Origin: Selaginella moellendorffii
Taxonomy: Eukaryota; Plantae; Lycopodiophyta
Length of the DNA stretch: 64,000 bases
Assembly: GCF_000143415.4 (NCBI RefSeq)
Contig: NW_003314267.1
Location: 574,817 to 638,816 of the forward strand
Direction: 5' to 3'
A program made the position numbers and the translations under genes. The notes below the pieces were generated by a model. That model searched no databases and was not told the DNA's origin. It saw only the letters and a program-made list of their open reading frames with translations. Position 1 is the stretch's first letter; each line of letters begins with the position of its first letter. This document shows, one piece after another, positions 58,318-64,000 of the stretch.

Positions 58318-58976
58318 GATTCACGGGAAGCGCAGGAACTGCTGTGATCACCTTGGAGAATGCAGCACTTATGGTCGATACCTTTTTCAGGTAATTGTTT
58401 CAAATTCATTCTTTTGCTTTCTTCCTGCACAGATTTCTCATTGTTTTTGCTGCTTCTGTGTAGGCTGAGAACCAACTAGGACGAGAATGGACGCTCATCA
58501 GAGGTGGTTCCTTCATACAGTGAGTGGCTCGGAGAGCTGTAGGCATTGATCCTGTAAGGTGTCTAGACGATCTTTTTGAGCTACGGTTTTCCTTTACTTC
58601 TCTAAACTTCCGTTCTCATGTAATTGACTTGACAGTTCTGTCACTCACGATGGTGGAGGAGCTCAGGCGAACCTTGTCAGCCAGGAGATTCAACTCACTT
58701 TTGTCGATCGCAACTTGGTTGACGAGATTTGGCTCGATGGGAGACCTTGTCCGCCCAGAGTGCACGATTTGATTTATGCTGGCGTTGATGTTGCGACAAA
58801 GTTCTTGGATGCGAGAAAGAAACTTTCCGCAGCTGGTGCTACTGGCATCGTGATAACCATGCTCTATGAAGTTGCATGCCTGTTTAATGTTGTAAGTGAA
58901 TGTCTGTATTTTTCTCTTCTGAATTTTTATGTTTCAGCATGCTGGAGATTTCCCTCATTCTCCAGGGGCGTATGCT
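58318..58976 (+). pseudogene. Xaa-Pro aminopeptidase (APP1-like) N-terminal fragment with introns and many small deletions
   Basis: GFTGSAGTAVIT, AENQLG.EWTL, GIDP, NLVDEIW, HDLIYAGVDVA and D.PHSP; the catalytic C-terminal domain was not seen. Confidence 0.8.
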
Positions 58977-59430
58977 CCCAAAGTACACTCCCTCCATCGT
59001 CCAGGGGAATTTGAAAGGATGCTGTCAGGTAGCTTGAAGTTTCTACCGTCAGTATTTTAGATTCCTCACAACTTGCAGGGCTATATGGAGTTGGTTACCA
59101 TGTACAACAGTCACAACATCAAGGATCTCCAACGCTGCAAGTATATACCTCTTATTTTAGTTCCCTTCAGCAATGATTATTTTTTTAATTTTCCATGCAG
59201 GTGAGAAGGCACAAAGTTCTAGTATGCAAGTAATGTAGCTGACAATCCATGGGTATAAGTGTACAAATCTTCTATGCATTTCTCTTTGATTGCATATCCT
59301 CATTTAAAAGCTCATCATCTAATAGGTGGTTCATTGAGGTGAATGCATTTCCTAGAACAAGTTAAAAAGTGTAATTCATGTGGTTTTAACTAATATGTAC
59401 ACCAATGCTGTCTAAATCTTGGAAACGGTC

Positions 59431-60595
59431 TGTAAGACACAAATCCTTAAGCCCTAAAGTGGAGTTGAGACACATTGTAGTGGCCGAAGAAGAAGCCAAA
59501 CAAATGTAACACATTTGGACTAAAAACTTTAACTTGAAAAATCAAAAGCGGGAATAAAACTTCTAACGAAGTGCCTGAGGAATAAGTACGACACAATTAA
59601 TAAAGTGACCCCCTAGAAAATGGATACAAGAGGACCAACACATGACATGTAAAAGTGTTGGAACAAAATTGGAGTCCGAGAAAGAGTCTGAGATGGAACC
59701 TGAGTTGGAGTCCGAGATGGACCCGAGATGGAGTCCAAGAAGGAGTCCTAGATGGAGTTTGAGAAGGAGTCTAAGATGGGAGTTCGAGAAGGAGTCCAAG
59801 ATAGACATGATATAGAGTCCGAGAAAGAGTCCAAAAAGAAGTCTAAGATGGAGCCCAAGGTCGAGTCCGAGATGGAAACTAAGACCGGGTCCGTGATCAA
59901 GACCAAGACTGAGACCGAGCCTGAGACTGAGTCCAAGACCGAGTCAAAGTCTGAGTCAGAGTCGGTGTTAGAGTTTGAGTCCGAGGTGAAAGCCCAAAGC
60001 GATCGTCTCCCAAACCCTAGAGGGTTTGGTGTGCTCCAAAAGGATAGTTAGAGGAGGATTCCAGTTGAACCAATTTGGCCAGAAAGGCTAATGTGACCAA
60101 GGAAGGTTATACCTATGTAGCAGGTGATGATATAATTACTAAGAAGTTCAAGGCTAGAGTGAACATGGACAGATAAGTGGGGTCACTTGGTAAAATGTTC
60201 AAGAATTGACTCTATCTCCTATGGGAAAATCAAATGGTTGATGTTCTTAATCCAAGTGTGGGTGGCACTACCGACTTGGATACCTGGCATGGCTTATTGG
60301 AACCTTGCTTTAGGCACCTAGCTAGAGCACCTAATGGCAGAAGGTGGGAAAGTATCCACGAGGATTGGTTAGGGCTATGATGTTTCAAAATGTTATCCTA
60401 AAGTCCCACACTATGGAAAGGAAGAGGAGTACTCCTTTTGAATAGTGACCAAAGGCATAATCATGTGGTGAGGAAGTCCCAAAAGTCTGTAGGACTTAAT
60501 GGTCAGGCTTTCGAGCCCTAACCCAGTGGCAGTGTTGGTGAGCATGGCCGTGGATGGAGAGGGACTTGGTGGTGTAGCGCACGTGGTTTTTATGC
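59431..60595 (+). mobile_element. LTR-like repeat, copy 1, with internal 12/6-bp GAGTCC subrepeats
   Basis: Begins TGTAAGACACAAATCCTTAAGCC and is colinear with 61851-62830. GAGTCCGAGATG-type array at ~59670-59985. Confidence 0.75.
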
Positions 60596-60619
60596 TATGG
60601 TGATTTACCATAGGATAAC

Positions 60620-61270
60620 ACCACAAAGCGAAACCTAAACCCTCTATATGCCACGTGTCATATGCCATGTATCAAAAGGATAGTGGTGTGGAACCTGAGT
60701 TTCAGGGCCTTGAGCCACTAAACGAAGAAACGGTGCCAAACTCCCAAGCATGGAGCCAAGGAGCAATGGCATTGGAGTACGGAACGACTCCTGAGTGTAT
60801 AGCCCAATGAGCGAAGGAATAGGAGCTTGGAGCAACTTGGAACAGTCCTAAAGCAACCAACATCCCAATGCTAGGACCAACATACAAAACATAGCCAAAC
60901 AGAGTTTGGTGTTATTTCAGCATATCGGTGGCCTAACACAAGGATATGGGCACTCCACCAGCTAGCATGGAATGGAACTTGGGCTTAGACCCAAGCTGAA
61001 CATAGAATAAGGACAGGCATGCAAGTGGGAGCTAGACTATGCCTTAGGTTGGTCAGTTATACCCGACCTACGCACTATCCCTACTATACATTTGGAACCN
61101 NNNNNNNNNNNNNNNNNNNNNNNNNNNNNNNNNNNNNNNNNNNNNNNNNNNNNNNNNNNNNNNNNNNNNNNNNNNNNNNNNNNNNNNNNNNNNNNNNNNT
61201 TGGGAACCCCCCATTTCCCCCCCCCCCCCCCCCCCCCCCTTGAGGAACACACGCTTTGGGCTTTCACCCT
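60620..61270 (-). mobile_element. Opposite-strand piece of the same repeat family, spanning a gap
   Basis: 61200-61270 is the reverse complement of the GGGTGAAAGCCCAAAG...poly-G...GGTTCC segment at 62211-62283. Confidence 0.55.
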
Positions 61271-61850
61271 AACCCTCTCTTAGTGTCAAGAGTTAGTCTC
61301 TGGGACAAGCTTGAAATTTACTAAATATAGAATGCCCCTAGATTGTGAATTTAGACACGGGGCGAACACTATTGTGTTTAGGACAATCCCTACATTTTGT
61401 AAATATGCCAAATGAGCAAATCTAGATGCTTTCCATAAATAACATTTGGGACCGAAATGAGACTAACACAAAGGGCATGATAGCAAGGGTGTTTAGCAAA
61501 CACGATAAACTATCATCTAACAATATTGAGGGACCAAGTTCAATATGGCGGGGGTTCCCAACACTAGCAAGTGCAAGTCAACAAATGAGTTTCTTTAACC
61601 AGGTCAAGTATGCTTGACTAATAGCATTTAGGAATTCCGTCCTTATGCTCACCTGGTTAAGTGCACACGCGAAGACCAGTTTCTCAACTAGCTTAGGCAG
61701 AGACTGATAACGGGTCCAACAATACCGACTTCCTGCATCGTGGCAGTAAGGAAAGAGTGTCCATAAGGACTAGCCGACAGATAACTTTCGATACCTGAAG
61801 TCACATTCGCGATAGGTGGGGACTAAAGAAGAGACATTGAGGAAGGGTGT

Positions 61851-63245
61851 TGTGAGACACAAATCCTTAAGCCCCAAAGTGGAGCCAAAAGGGTGCCATG
61901 TGGTAGTGGCCGAGGCAGAAGCCAAATGAGTGTAACACGTTTGGACTAAAAATCTCCGACTTGAAAAGTCAAGAGTGGGAGTGGAACTCTTAACAAAGTG
62001 CTTGAGGACTGAGCATAAAATGAGAAACAAGTGACTCTCTAGAAAAGGGGATATGAGATGGAATCCAAGATGGAGTCTGAGATGGACCCAAGATGAGAGT
62101 TCAAGATGGAGTCCAAGATGGAACCGAGATTGAAACTGAGACCAAGATTGAGTCTGAGACTGAGTCCAAATTCGAGTCCGAGTCCAAGTCTGAATACTAA
62201 TACAGGCTATTGGGTGAAAGCCCAAAGTGATCGTCCCCCACAGGGGTAGGGGGGGGGGGGGGGGGGATATAGGGGGTTCCAAAGTATAATAGCGAGAGTG
62301 TGGGGGTTGGACCCCAGTGGAGCCAATTTACCTAGGAAAGGCTAGTGTGACCCAGGAAGGTTATGCCCATGTGTTAAGTGATGATATATCCACTAAGGAG
62401 TCCAAGGCTAGAGTGAATACAGATTGACAAGCGGGGTAGTTTGGTAAAGTGTTCAAGAACCGGCTCTAGTTCCTCCGGGAGATCAAATGGTCAATGCTCC
62501 CAGTCCAAGTGTGGGTGGCACTACTTACTTGTATACTTGATATAGCTCAATAGAACCTCACTCTAGCCCCATGGCTAGAGCACCCAAAGGCGGAAGGTGG
62601 GGAGAGTACCCATGTGGCTTGCGTAGGGCTATGGTGTTCCAAAATGTTGCCCCAAAGTCCTGGATTGTGGAAAGGAAAAAGAATAATCCTTTGGTGTAGT
62701 GACCAAAGATATGGTCATATAATGAGGAAGTCCTAGAGGATGGTGGGATTTAGTGGTCAAACCTGTGGGCATTGATCCAATGGCAGTGTTGGCGAACACA
62801 GCCATGGACAGAAAGGGACTTGGTGGTGGACCGAAAAAGGGATATTGGGGAAGGCTGTTCTCCATGTTTATGGGCATTCTAAGGATGCTAAAGAGTGGAT
62901 CTAGGATGATCACTCATGGATGAATGGCCTAATCTTTGAGAGACAGGACTGTGATGTAGGTGGTGTTGGATCACTATATGATAACGGTGAATGGGCATTG
63001 CCTTAGTGTAACAGGCTGATATGTTGGTAGTACCTTTGGGTGTCGGTCATGAGATTGGACATGTGGAGCACTTGGACCAAGTGTAAAGGTTAAATAGCAT
63101 AAATGCCATTCTTGGGGCTAGCAAGTCTCAAGTCTGGAATAGGACTTATGGAGGTTATGAGTGAGATTCCTTCAAGTAGTCGGAGGTGTGGTTAAGTGAC
63201 AAAAGTGGAATGGAAAATTTAATCACTTACAATTTGGTATCAGAG
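61851..63245 (+). mobile_element. LTR-like repeat, copy 2, preceded by a purine tract and ending at TTACA-att-TGGTATCAGAG (tRNA-iMet PBS, 63235-63245)
   Basis: Starts TGTGAGACACAAATCC after GAGGAAGGG; homologous to copy 1; PBS seen directly. Confidence 0.7.
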
Positions 63246-63928
63246 TCTAAATCCTAAATAAGAACCTTATCCTTGCTTAGCCACAAGATTATATAGTGAT
63301 CTCATCTTAACACCTTAATAGGTTTGTCAATAGGTACTAGGCTTTCAAGACTTTTAAGTTGTTAACCATGACCCCAAGACATCCCCACACTTGGTGATGC
63401 ATGGTTAGATTGCTTAGTGTGAAAGCTCGATATATTTAATTTGAACATTTTGGTGCAAATGGCACCAAGGACATAGTGAATGAGATGGAGACACCCAGTT
63501 TTAGTTGATATGGACCCTTGGCCAAAAGGCTTAGCTTGGGGGCACTGCCAAATGTGGGGATGCCCCAGAGTCATGGTTAACAATTTAAAGGTCTATAAAG
63601 CTTAATGCCTATTGCAAGACCTATTAAAGTGTCAAGATGAGATCACTAGATGATCTTGTGGCTAAACAAGGACCTAGTCTCTAGGAAAGACCCATGGGAG
63701 GGTTGCAAAGTTGGGTTGTGAATAGAGCCCACAAAAGATAATATTGAAGAGACTTACTAGGGGTGAATACCCTTTGGGATTAGCAAAGCAAAGCCTTTTG
63801 TAAGCGATTAAATTTTCCATTCTACTTTAGTCACTTAACCACACCTCCAACCACTTGGAGGAGTCTCACTCACAACCTCCGTAAGTCCTATTTTAGACTT
63901 AGGGACTTGCTAGCCCCAAGAATGGCAT
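63103..63928. repeat. Long diverged inverted repeat
   Basis: 63103-63232 pairs with 63798-63928, and ~63270-63400 pairs with ~63542-63670. Confidence 0.85.
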
Positions 63929-64000
63929 CCATGCCACTCAACTATAGCGAGTGATGCACAAGAAACCGAATCGCCCTCTTTTTTTCTTTTTTTTTTTTGC

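Noticed and set aside
59563-60051. E/S/K-rich and antisense ORFs
   Set aside because: They are translations of the GAGTCC subrepeat array in an LTR-like repeat.
61100-61199. 100-N gap as real missing sequence
   Set aside because: The length is a placeholder. The flanks (TTTGGAACC and TTGGGAACC) nearly overlap next to a long C run, so it may be a sequencing break.

Overview
Eukaryotic plant nuclear DNA, most likely the lycophyte Selaginella. This is inferred from the compact genes, 55-65 bp introns, many short-motif PPR fragments and a cyanovirin-N homologue; no database search was done. Bases 1-22 kb are a decayed, repeat-rich block. It holds an orphan 25S/26S rDNA 3' fragment, a decayed two-ORF element behind a tRNA-Arg-like PBS, LINE and Gypsy remnants, and a rearranged array of PPR, CVNH and carotenoid-cleavage-dioxygenase fragments. 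Inside that array, a chromovirus-type LTR element and two PPR genes were broken by an ~8.0 kb inversion that can be reconstructed to the base, and a TRIM-like element is inserted. Bases 22.9-57.6 kb are mostly gene-rich. In order they carry SCARECROW, a decayed atypical kinase, a plastid-type membrane protein, an ACT/STY kinase, DUF1350, an APS-reductase-like gene lacking its catalytic Cys, an LRR-RLK, ferredoxin, RUS6, two tandem LRL bHLH genes and an orphan trypsin-like ORF. Bases 58-64 kb hold an aminopeptidase-P pseudogene fragment, LTR-derived repeats and a long diverged inverted repeat. There are two 100-N assembly gaps (24186-24285 and 61100-61199). All alignments and translations outside the supplied ORF track were done by eye.
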